DNA of 64,000 nt from an uncultured Planctomycetota bacterium (GTDB lineage: Bacteria > Planctomycetota > Planctomycetia > Isosphaerales > Isosphaeraceae), in assembly GCA_963823665.1 (NCBI GenBank), contig CAWGMQ010000004.1, positions 3,011,606 through 3,075,605 on the forward strand, read 5' to 3'. Below the pieces are notes generated by a model, which saw nothing but the letters and a program-made list of their open reading frames with translations, did not search any database and was not told where the DNA came from. Below are positions 52,262-64,000 of this stretch, piece after piece. A program made the position numbers and the translations under genes. Every line of letters starts with the position of its first letter. Position 1 is the stretch's first letter.

Positions 52262-55200
52262 GTGAACTCGACGACGTTCCGCCGACAACGTGTGATGAAG
52301 CGCAGACGAGACCTCGCCTTGCAGCTCGTCGTCGAGGAAATGGAAGACCGGATCATGCTGGCGAGTCTCACGGCAAGCAGTGGTGTCGTATCGATCTCCG
52401 GCGCCCAGGGCGCCATCGGAACCGCTAACGTGCAAAGCACGCTCTCAGCGGCAGCTATTCCGGACCCGACCATTTTCATCCCTGTCGTGCACGGTAACGA
52501 CGGGGACACCGTCTCCGTTCCGATCGAATTGACAGTTACCGCCGCCAGCGGAATCACTGTCAGCGGGTTCCAGGTCGCGATCGCGTACGATTCTAGCGAA
52601 TTCTCGGTGAATAGCGTCGCTCAACTGGGCCCCATGTTTTCCGCGGCCCTCGGTTTCTCGGGATTGCTGAGTTTTCCGGCCCCCGGTGAGCTGATATACA
52701 ACGCGTCATCGGGAACGGGCACCGGCAACATTCCGTTCAACACGACCGCGCCGCTTTTCACCCTCAGTTTCACGGTAGCAAGCGACGCCCCGACCGGCCC
52801 TTCCGTCATCAATTTGCTGCAAAATATCTCCACGACCGCCACGGCGATCTTCGATAACAACCTTGACGAGCTGATCCTCACGCCTGCACCGACCAATGCG
52901 CCGACCGATTCGGTCGACGGGCTCTTCCAGGTCGGCCCTGCGGCGCTGGTTTCGATCGCGCTGTCCCCGGCAAGCCCCTCGGTGGCCGAGGGCCTGACGC
53001 AACAGTTTACCGCCACGGGCACCTACACAGATCGGTCCTCAGCGGTCGTGACCAATCAAGTGACCTGGGCATCGGGAACGACATCGGTCGCCACAATCTC
53101 CAACACCTCAGGCAGTCAGGGCCTGGCCTCCACATTGGCCACCGGCACGACTGCCATCACTGCGGCCCTTAGCGGGATCACGAGTCCAAGCGACACCCTG
53201 ACCGTGACCGCGCCTCTATTGACCTCGATCGCCGTTTCGCCGCTGAGTCCGTCGGTTGCCAAGGGCCTCGCGGAACAGTTCACGGCTACGGGAACTTACA
53301 CCAACAACACAACCGCCGACCTGACCACCCAGGTGACCTGGGCGTCGAGTACGACGTCAGTCGCGACCATTTCCAACACCACCGGCAGCCAGGGCCTGGC
53401 CTCCACATTGGCCACCGGCACGACCGCGATCACCGCGGCCCTTAGTGGGATCACCAGCCCAAGCGATACTCTGACAGTGACCGCGGCAGCCCTGGTGTCG
53501 ATCGCAGTGGCCCCGTTGAATCCGTCGGTGGCCAAGGGACTCACGGAGCAGTTCACGGCGACGGGGACCTACACCGATGGCTCAAACGCGAACCTGACCA
53601 CCCAGGTCGACTGGGTGTCGGGTACAACGTCGGTCGCGACCATTTCCAACACCACCGGCAGTCAGGGTCTGGCGTCCACATTGGCCACCGGCACGACCGC
53701 GATCACTGCGGCCCTTAGCGGGATCACGAGTCCAAGCGATACCCTGACCGTGACCGCGCCGCCCCCAACCGACTTCTGGACCGGGGCCTCGGCCGCGCAC
53801 GGCGGCAACGATGACTGGAGCAACGCCGGAAACTGGAGCCTCGGCGCGCCGCCAAGCGCGACGGAAACGGCCGATTTCACGGCATCGGAATCGCAGTATT
53901 CGACATCGATCGTCGACATCCCGTTCTCAATCGCCAACCTGACCATCGACAGCACTTGGGGGGGCACCGTCGACGCGAACGCGTCACTGACCATCTCCGG
54001 TAACCTGACCCTCGCGAGCGGCACGTTAAGCGCCAGTGGCTCTGTCTCGGTGGCCGGTAGCAACAGCCAGTACACGGGAGGAACTCTGAGTGGGAACGTT
54101 TCCAATTCTGGCACACTGACCATCGCCGGCTCGGGAACCAGGACGTTTAATGGCGCGCTGACCAACTCCGGCACGATCCAGGTGAGCGCCGGGTCGGGGA
54201 ACGCAAACACCATCACGGGGACGGTGTACAACGAGGGATTGATCGCCGTCGCCAGCAACGCGTACCTGTACATTTCCGGGAACTATTACGCTGCCGGCGG
54301 GTCGATCACCGGGCCGGGCTACCTGTATAACACCGCGCTATATGTCACCGCGAGCCCCACCGCGGCGACCACGATTCTGCTGGAAGGAACCGGCAACACG
54401 CTGGAAACCAATAACCTGGCCAACACGACGCTCTGGGTGCAGGGCAACGGCCACGTCGGCAACGCTGTCCTGAACGTCGCCGGTGGCACTGTCAACGACG
54501 GGACCATCCTGCTGGAGTCGCAGGACAACACCTATGCCGACACCCTGGCCATCGGCAGCGGCACCCTCACCAACGCGGCAGACGGGACAATCCAGGTCGC
54601 GCAGGGCTCGGGCGGTGGGCGCGGGATCAGCGGGACGGTGGTCAACCAGGGCCAGATCGACGTCGGCTCCAACACCGGCTTGGGCGTCTCCGGAACGCTG
54701 GAAAACCAGGGGCAGGTCGCCGTCTCCTCGTACACGACCATCAGCGGGACCTACGAGTACGACGGCGGCTCGATCACCGGGCCGGGCTACCTCTACAACT
54801 GCACCCTCGACTTCACCGTCAACCCGACCGCCCCGACGACCTTACTGCTCGAGGGGTCGGGCGACACGCTCGGTGGTGCCGACATCCCGGCCGACGCCAC
54901 GCTCTGGGTGCAGGGCAATGGATACCTCGGCCAGGACGCCGTCCTGAACCTCGCCGGTGACACGGTCAACGACGGGACCATCTTGCTGGAGTCGCAGAAC
55001 AACACCTATGGCGACACCCTGGCTCTGGCCGGCACCTTCACCAACGCGGCCGACGGCACGATCCAGGTCACGCAGGGCTCGGGCGGTGGGCGCGGGATCA
55101 GCGGGACGGTGGTCAACCAGGGCCAGATCGAGGTCGGCCCCAACACCGGCGTGGGCGTCTCCGGAACGCTGGAAAACCAGGGGCAGGTCACCGTCTCCTC

Positions 55201-58200
55201 GTACACGACCATCAGCGGGATTTACGAGTACGACGGCGGCTCGATCACCGGGCCGGGCTACCTCTACAACTGCACCCTCGACTTCACCGTCAACCCGACC
55301 GCCCCGACGACCTTACTGCTCGAGGGGTCGGGCGACACGCTCGGCGGCGCCGACATCCCGGCCGACGCCACGCTCTGGGTGCAGGGCAATGGATACCTCG
55401 GCCAGGACGCCGTCCTGAACCTCGCCGGTGACACGGTCAACGACGGGACCATCTTGCTGGAGTCGCAGAACAACACCTATGGCGACACCCTGGCCACCGG
55501 CAGCGGCACGCTCACCAACGCGGCTGACGGCACGATCCAGGTCACGCAGGGCTCGGGCGGTGGGCGCGGGATCAGTGGGACGGTGGTCAACCAGGGCCAG
55601 ATCGACGTCGGCCCCAACACCGGCGTGGGCGTCTCCGGAACGCTGGAAAACCAGGGGCAGGTCACCGTCTCCTCGTACACGACCATCAGCGGGACCTACG
55701 AGTACGACGGTGGCTCGATCACGGGGCCGGGCTACCTCTACAACTGCACCCTCGACTTCACCGTCAACCCGACCGCCCCGACGACCTTACTGCTCGAGGG
55801 GTCGGGCGACACGCTCGGTGGTGCCGACATCCCGGCCGACGCCACGCTCTGGGTGCAGGGCAATGGATACCTCGGCCAGAACGCCGTCCTGAACCTCGCC
55901 GGTGGCACGGTCAACGACGGGACCATCTTGCTGGAGTCGCAGAACAACACCTATGGCGACACCCTGGCTCTGGCCGGCACCTTCACCAACGCGGCCGACG
56001 GCACGATCCAGGTCACGCAGGGCTCGGGCGGTGGGCGCGGGATCAGCGGGACGGTGGTCAACCAGGGCCAGATCGACGTCGGCCCCAACACCGGCGTGGG
56101 CGTCTCCGGAACGCTGGAAAACCAGGGGCAGGTCGCCGTCTCCTCGTACACGACCATCAGCGGGACCTACGAGTACGACGGCGGCTCGATCACCGGGCCG
56201 GGCTACCTCTACAACTGCACCCTCGACTTCACCGTCAACCCGACCGCCCCGACGACCTTACTGCTCGAGGGGTCGGGCGATACGCTCGGCGGCGCCGACA
56301 TCCCGGCCGACGCCACGCTCTGGGTGCAGGGCAATGGATACCTCGGCCAGGACGCCGTCCTGAACCTCGCCGGTGGCACGGTCAACGACGGGACCATCTT
56401 GCTGGAGTCGCAGAACAACACCTATGGCGACACCCTGGCTCTGGCCGGCACCTTCACCAACGCGGCCGACGGCACGATCCAGGTCACGCAGGGCTCGGGC
56501 GGTGGGCGCGGGATCAGCGGGACGGTGGTCAACCAGGGCCAGATCGAGGTCGGCCCCAACACCGGCGTGGGCGTCTCCGGAACGCTGGAAAACCAGGGGC
56601 AGGTCACCGTCTCCTCGTACACGACCATCAGCGGGATTTACGAGTACGACGGCGGCTCGATCACCGGGCCGGGCTACCTCTACAACTGCACCCTCGACTT
56701 CACCGTCAACCCGACCGCCCCGACGACCTTACTGCTCGAGGGGTCGGGCGACACGCTCGGCGGCGCCGACATCCCGGCCGACGCCACGCTCTGGGTGCAG
56801 GGCAATGGATACCTCGGCCAGGACGCCGTCCTGAACCTCGCCGGTGACACGGTCAACGACGGGACCATCTTGCTGGAGTCGCAGAACAACACCTATGGCG
56901 ACACCCTGGCCACCGGCAGCGGCACGCTCACCAACGCGGCTGACGGCACGATCCAGGTCACGCAGGGCTCGGGCGGTGGGCGCGGGATCAGTGGGACGGT
57001 GGTCAACCAGGGCCAGATCGACGTCGGCCCCAACACCGGCGTGGGCGTCTCCGGAACGCTGGAAAACCAGGGGCAGGTCACCGTCTCCTCGTACACGACC
57101 ATCAGCGGGACCTACGAGTACGACGGTGGCTCGATCACGGGGCCGGGCTACCTCTACAACTGCACCCTCGACTTCACCGTCAACCCGACCGCCCCGACGA
57201 CCTTACTGCTCGAGGGGTCGGGCGACACGCTCGGTGGTGCCGACATCCCGGCCGACGCCACGCTCTGGGTGCAGGGCAATGGATACCTCGGCCAGGACGC
57301 CGTCCTGAACCTCGCCGCTGGCACGGTCAACGACGGGACCATCCTGCTGGAGTCGCAGAACAACACCTATGCCGACACCCTAGCTCTGGCCGGCACCTTC
57401 ACCAATGATGCCGACGGCGCGATCCAGGTTGCGGCTGGTTCGGGAGGAGCGCGCTCGATCACCGGCAGCGTCATCAACGCCGGCACGATCGATTTCGACA
57501 CCGCTACGACTTTCGGGGCCACGGGGGCCAGCTTGGTGAACACTGGCCTCATGAGCATCGCGGGCGCCACCGTCACTGTGGTGGGAAACACATTGACCAA
57601 TGGTGTTGGCGGATTGGTCAGCGGGTACGGAACCTTCACTACGTCCGGCGTCACCGTCAACGACACCAGCGGTACGGTGCAGGCGTCAGGCGGGACGCTC
57701 AACGTCACAAATTCCGGCCTCGTCTCCAGTGGCACGCTCGGCGTCGGCACGTGGCTTGTGGGACCTGCCAGCACGCTGACCATCAGCGGCGTCTCCTCGA
57801 TCTCCACTCTCTCGGCGAATGTCGCGCTCCAGGGCTCCGGAGCGACCTTCACCGGCCTCTCCAGCTTATCGAAGATCTCTTCCGGCGGCGAGCTCGAGCT
57901 CGAGAACGATGCCTTGACCACCGCCGGCAATCTCGACAATGCGGGGACCATCGACCTGGCGCCCGGTACGCTGAATGTTGCGGGCACCTACACGCAGGAG
58001 AGCACCGGCGCATTTGACGTCGGGGTCGGCGGCACCACGCCCGGGAGTCTCATTTGGCCAACTGAACGTGAGCCAGAGTGCGTCGCTCAACGGCGGCCTC
58101 AGCGTCAACCTGATCAATAACTTTACCCCGCAGCAGGGACAGAACTACCAGATTCTCACGTTCGCCTCGGAAACCGGTAATTTCTCCGCCGAGTTCGGCC

Positions 58201-61200
58201 TGTATCTCGGCGGCGGCGAGGGCTTTAGTCCCACCTTCACGCCCGGCACCAACCCCACCGCCCTCGATCTCGCGGTCATTTCCGAGTCCGCGGGCACTCA
58301 GACGACGGTCAAGTCGTCGGAGAACCCCTCGAACTACGGCGATACCGTCACGTTCACGGCGACGGTGGCCCCGGCTATCTCGACGTACCTCGTGCCGACC
58401 GGCCAGGTCAGGTTCGTGGACGGCTCGACCCAGCTAGAGACCGAGACCCTCGTCAACGGCGCCGCTTCGTACAGCACCTCCGCCCTCGCCGCCGGAAGCC
58501 ATTCGATCGTCGTGCAGTACGTCGGCGACCCGAACTTTGCAGGCAGCAATTCGACAACTCTCACCCAGGCGGTCAACCAGATTTCGACCACGACGGTGTT
58601 GGCGCCGTCTTCTGCTTCGACCACTTATGGCCAGCCGAAGACATTCACGGCGACGGTAGGCTCGACCATCGGCGCACCTCCAGACGGCTCGGTCCAGTTC
58701 CTCGTGAACGGCTCGAATTATGGGAGCCCCGTGCCGCTCTCCGGCGCCACGGCGCAGCTCGCGATCTCCGAGCAGGCAGGGAGCTACACCGTCGCCACGA
58801 CTTACACCGGCGACGCCAATTATGCGGCGACCCTGCCGGCTGCCGAGACAACGGCTGCGCTCACCGTTAATCCGGTGGCCACGACGACCGCGGCCCAGAG
58901 CGCGACGACCATCTTCAGCGCTTCGAATCAGACGATATCCTTGAGCGCGACCGTTACCAGCTCGGCGGGCATTGTCAACGAAGGGACCGAGAACCTTCAC
59001 GGTCCTGAGCGGGACGACACCGGTTGGAACTCCCGCCACTGCCGGCGTCTCCCAAGGGGCCGTCACTGCCAGCTATACGCTGCCCGGTGGTACGACAGTC
59101 GGCACTTACACGATCGAGGCCGTTTACAATGGGACCGTCGATTACGGCAGTTCCACCGACACGAGCCAGTCGTTGACGGTCAACGCCGCAGGCCCCACGA
59201 TCATGTGGAACACCACCACAGCCCCCACCGGCGGCGATTGGGACACACCCGGTAACTGGGTGGGTGGCGTGGTCCCGACCGCGTCCAACAATGTCGTCAT
59301 CAACTTGACGAGCAGCGGAACGGTCACCCATTCGACGGGTGCGAGCGACGCCGTCTTGAGCCTGACGACAAACGGAAACACGGCGTTGAGCATCGGAAGC
59401 GGGTCGATCGCGCTTGGCAACCGCAGTTCGACGTTTGGCGGTCCAGTTGTGGTGAATGCTGGTGCGACGCTCAGCGTCGGTGCGGGCGCCAGCGTGCTGC
59501 TCACGGATGGCCAGACGATTACCGACAACGGGGCGTTGACCTTCGCCACCGGCGACTCGATGAACTTCTATACCTACTACGGGGCGTCGCAGATCGTGGT
59601 CAACGGGACCATGACCGCCACCGGCGACACCTTCAACACACTCAGCGGCGGCGGCGCCTCGATCCAGGTCGGGTCCGGTGGCCACCTGACGGCCGCCAGC
59701 AGCACTTTCAACATCAACCAGCTTTCCCTGAACAACGCCAGCGTCTACGGCAGCGGTGATCTGACCGGCGACACCTTCAACATGTCCGTCTACGTCCCCT
59801 ACGGCGACGTGCAATATCTTGCCGATAACGTCAAGTTCGAGCAAGTCTACATCAACGCCAACACGCTGCCCGCCGGGCAGACGCTGGCACTCAACCAGAT
59901 CGGCACCAATTCGTCGAGCCTCCAGTACGTCTTCTCGGGCGGCTTCACGATTGCCTCGGGGGCAACGCTCAACGTCGCGCCCAGCATTTCCGTATTGCTC
60001 ACCGATGGCCAGACGATTACCGACAACGGGGCGTTGACCTTCGCCACCGGCGACTCGATGAACTTCTATACCTACTACGGGGCGTCGCAGATCGTGGTCA
60101 ACGGGACCATGACCGCCACCGGCGACACCTTCAACACACTCAGCGGCGGCGGCGCCTCGATCCAGGTCGGGTCCGGTGGCCACCTGACGGCCGCCAGCAG
60201 CACTTTCAACATCAACCAGCTTTCCCTGAACAACGCCAGCGCCTACGGCAGCGGTGATCTGACCGGCGACACCTTCAACATGTCCGTCTACGTCCCCTAC
60301 GGCGACGTGCAATACCTCGCTGGCAACGTCAAGTTCGAGCAAGTCTACATCAACGCCAACACAATGCCCGCCGGGCAGACGCTGGCACTCAACCAGATCG
60401 GCACCAATACGTCGAGCCTCCAGTACGTCTTCTCGGGCGGCTTCACGATTGCCTCGGGGGCAACGCTCAACGTCGCGCCCAGCATTTCCGTATTGCTCAC
60501 CGACGGCCAGACGATTACCGACAACGGGGCGTTGACCTTCGCCACCGGCGACTCGATGAACTTCTATACCTACTACGGGGCGTCGCAGATCGTGGTCAAC
60601 GGGACCATGACCGCCACCGGCGACACCTTCAACACACTCAGCGGCGGCGGCGCCTCGATCCAGGTCGGGTCCGGTGGCCACCTGACGGCCGCCAGCAGCA
60701 CCTTCAACATCAACCAGCTTTCCCTGAACAACGCCAGCGTCTACGGCAGCGGCGATCTGACCGGCGACACCTTCAACATGTCCGTCTACGTCCCCTACGG
60801 CGACGTGCAATATCTTGCCGATAACGTCAAGTTCGAGCAAGTCTACATCAACGCCAACACAATGCCCGCCGGGCAGACGCTGGCACTCAACCAGATCGGC
60901 ACCAATACGTCGAGCCTCCAGTACGTCTTCTCGGGCGGCTTCACGATTGCCTCGGGGGCAACGCTCAACGTCGCGCCCAGCATTTCCGTATTGCTCACCG
61001 ACGGCCAGACGATTACCGACAACGGGGCGTTGACCTTCGCCACCGGCGACTCCATGAACTTCTATTCCTACTACGGAGCGTCGCAGATCGTGGTCAACGG
61101 GACCATGACCGCCACCGGCGACACCTTCACCACACTCAGCGGCGGCGGCGCCTCGATCCAGGTCGGGTCCGGTGGCCACCTGACGGCCGCCAGCAGCACC

Positions 61201-64000
61201 TTCAACATCAACCAGCTTTCCCTGAACAACGCCAGCGTCTACGGCAGCGGCGATCTGACCGGCGACACCTTCAACATGTCCGTCTACGTCCCCTACGGCG
61301 ACGTGCAATATCTTGCCGATAACGTCAAGTTCGAGCAAGTCTACATCAACGCCAACACAATGCCCGCCGGGCAGACGCTGGCACTCAACCAGATCGGCAC
61401 CAATACGTCGAGCCTCCAGTACGTCTTCTCGGGCGGCTTCACGATTGCCTCGGGGGCAACGCTCAACGTCGCGCCCAGCATTTCCGTATTGCTCACCGAC
61501 GGCCAGACGATTACCGACAACGGGGCGTTGACCTTCGCCACCGGCGACTCCATGAACTTCTATTCCTACTACGGAGCGTCGCAGATCGTGGTCAACGGGA
61601 CCATGACCGCCACCGGCGACACCTTCAACACACTCAGCGGCGGCGGCGCCTCGATACAGGTCGGGTCCGGTGGCCACCTGACGGCCGCCAGCAGCACCTT
61701 CAACATCAACCAGCTTTCCCTGAACAACGCCAGCGTCTACGGCAGCGGCGATCTGACCGGCGACACCTTCAACATGTCCGTCTACGTCCCCTACGGCGAC
61801 GTGCAATATCTTGCCGATAACGTCAAGTTCGAGCAAGTCTACATCAACGCCAACACAATGCCCGCCGGGCAGACGCTGGCACTCAACCAGATCGGCACCA
61901 ATACGTCGAGCCTCCAGTACGTCTTCTCGGGCGGCTTCACGATTGCCTCGGGGGCAACGCTCAACGTCGCGCCCAGCATTTCCGTATTGCTCACCGACGG
62001 CCAGACGATTACCGACAACGGGGCGTTGACCTTCGCCACCGGCGACTCCATGAACTTCTATTCCTACTACGGAGCGTCGCAGATCGTGGTCAACGGGACC
62101 ATGACCGCCACCGGCGACACCTTCACCACACTCAGCGGCGGCGGCGCCTCGATCCAGGTCGGGTCCGGTGGCCACCTGACGGCCGCCAGCAGCACCTTCA
62201 ACATCAACCAGCTTTCCCTGAACAACGCCAGCGTCTACGGCAGCGGCGATCTGACCGGCGACACCTTCAACATGTCCGTCTACGTCCCCTACGGCGACGT
62301 GCAATATCTTGCCGATAACGTCAAGTTCGAGCAAGTCTACATCAACGCCAACACAATGCCCGCCGGGCAGACGCTGGCACTCAACCAGATCGGCACCAAT
62401 ACGTCGAGCCTCCAGTACGTCTTCTCGGGCGGCTTCACGATTGCCTCGGGGGCAACGCTCAACGTCGCGCCCAGCATTTCCGTATTGCTCACCGACGGCC
62501 AGACGATTACCGACAACGGGGCGTTGACCTTCGCCACCGGCGACTCCATGAACTTCTATACCTACTACGGGGCGTCGCAAATTGTCGTCAACGGGACCAT
62601 GACCGCCACGGGCGACACCTTCAACACACTCAGCGGCGGCGGCGCCTCGATCCAGGTCGAGTCCGGCGGCAAGCTGACGGCCACTAACAGCACCTTCGGC
62701 GTCAACGAGGTGAGCCTGAATGCCGGCTCAACCGCCAATCTTCAGTTCGTGACGTTTGCCACTCAGCTCGCCATCAACAGCGGGGCCTCGAACAACATTC
62801 ACGACGACGACTTCAGCAGCGCAAGCGCGACTGTGGTCGCCTCGGGCGGTTCCACCACCACCATTGATTTGACAAACAATTTCTGGGGGACGCTCAACAC
62901 CACGCAAATCGCAGCCAAGATCACGGACCACACAAAGAACTCCAGTCTGCCGACGGTCGTGTATCAACCATTCCTTAGCGAAGACGCGACGGGCGTCACG
63001 GCAGCCAACGCCGCGGCAACCTTTAGCACGGCATCCCAGTCGGTTGCGCTCAGCGCCACTGTGATCAGCGCGGCCGGTCTGGTCAACACCGGCACCGCGA
63101 CATTCAGCGTTCTCAACGGCTCCGCAGTTGTGGGCACGCCGGTCGTCAGCAACGTCATGAACGGCGCCGCGAACGCCGAATACGCACTGCCGGCTGGAGC
63201 GCCAGGAGGCGTTTACACAATCCAGGTTGTCTTCAGCGGAACGTCCAGCCTGTTGGGCTCCGATGACACCAGCCACTCGCTGACCATCAGCAATGCCTCG
63301 ACGAGCACCGCGGCCGCGAGCACCGGGACCACCTTCAGCGTGAGTGCGCAGTCAGTCGCGCTCAGCGCCACCGTCACGAGCCCGATCGGCATCGTGAGCG
63401 AGGGGCAAGAGACCTTCACGATTCTGAGCGGAAACACGGTAATCGGCACCCCTGTCAGTGTGAACGTGAACGCCGGAACCGCAAGTGCCGGCTACGTTCT
63501 TCCCGGCGGCACGACAGCAGCAACGTACACCATTCAGGCGGTCTTCGATGGGACTGCGGAGTACGGCAGATCAATGGATAGCAGCCAGACCCTGACCGTC
63601 AACGTCGCGACGACTGCGACTGCGGCGGCGGGTGCCACGGCGACGTTCGGCGATGCGTCGGTCACGCTCTCCGCGACGATCACGAGCCCGGCGGGCACAG
63701 TCAATCAGGGGACCGAGACATTCACGATACTCAACGGCACGACGCCGGTGGGAAATCCCGTGACGGTCAACGTCAGGACCGGCAGCGCGAGCGCGAGCTA
63801 CACGCTGCCTGACGGCACGCAGCCTGACACGTACGAGATCCAGGCGGTCTATAACGGCACGGCCGACTTCGTCGGATCTACCGACGCTAGCCAAACACTT
63901 GTCGTGAGCGCGGCAACGACAGTCACCGCCGCCTCCAGCGCGACCGCCCTGTTCGGCGACGCTTCCGTCGAGCTCTATGCGACCGTCACAAGTCCGGCCG
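52262..64000 (+). CDS. giant extracellular repeat protein 2 (>3900 aa, 3'-partial): LEPR-XLL-type signal, cohesin-like domain, three Big_2-like domains, beta-helix repeats, Big_3-like domains
   Basis: VEEMEDRIMLAS; three LxSIAVxP..G.T.QFTATGTYT units; +1 indels near 58045 and 58992; open to the window end. Confidence 0.85.
54483..57430 (+). repeat. about 6.2 coding tandem repeats of 471/474 bp
   Basis: Unit starts 54483, 54957, 55428, 55902, 56373, 56844, 57318 (spacings 474, 471, 474, 471, 471, 474). Confidence 0.95.
59498..62660 (+). repeat. about 6.3 coding tandem repeats of 498 bp (166 aa)
   Basis: Near-identical shadow ORFs recur every 498 nt (59847, 60345, 60843, 61341, 61839, 62337). 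Confidence 0.95.

Noticed and set aside
46069..62580. long alternative-frame and antisense ORFs (46069-47994, 58975-62580, the Arg-rich tail of 45312-48686)
   Set aside because: Shadow frames of GC-rich repetitive coding sequence.
45884..62660. diversity-generating retroelement TR/VR pair
   Set aside because: The repeats are tandem and in frame, differences are not adenine-specific, and no reverse transcriptase is present.

Overview
A GC-rich bacterial window, most consistent with a Planctomycete (Isosphaeraceae/Singulisphaera-like, inferred from LEPR-XLL-type export motifs, kinase/TPR remnants and repeat families). Bases 1-34.6 kb are mostly housekeeping genes: cysS (partial), ispF, csrA, two tandem Tat-exported aldo/keto reductases, rpsU, purB, a suf Fe-S operon (sufR-C-B-[TA relic]-D-rhodanese-sufE-Rieske-sufT, no sufS/sufU), an ECF-like sigma factor with an export-motif-like N-terminus, TerC, a GT39 glycosyltransferase, moaC, a polyprenyl synthase, Uma2, and ffs(SRP RNA)-dnaX-ybaB-recR-rpoN. 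Bases 34.7-44.2 kb are an accessory zone with REP-like repeats, five copies of a fixed-length 51-bp element, an IS110 element with a candidate bridge RNA, an IS1182-like element and decayed Ser/Thr-kinase-TPR genes. Bases 45.3-64 kb encode two giant repeat-rich extracellular proteins with cohesin/dockerin-like modules; the second runs off the window. Many single-base indels, including in essential genes, point to long-read consensus errors rather than real pseudogenes. All family assignments are from motif recognition by eye; no database search was run.
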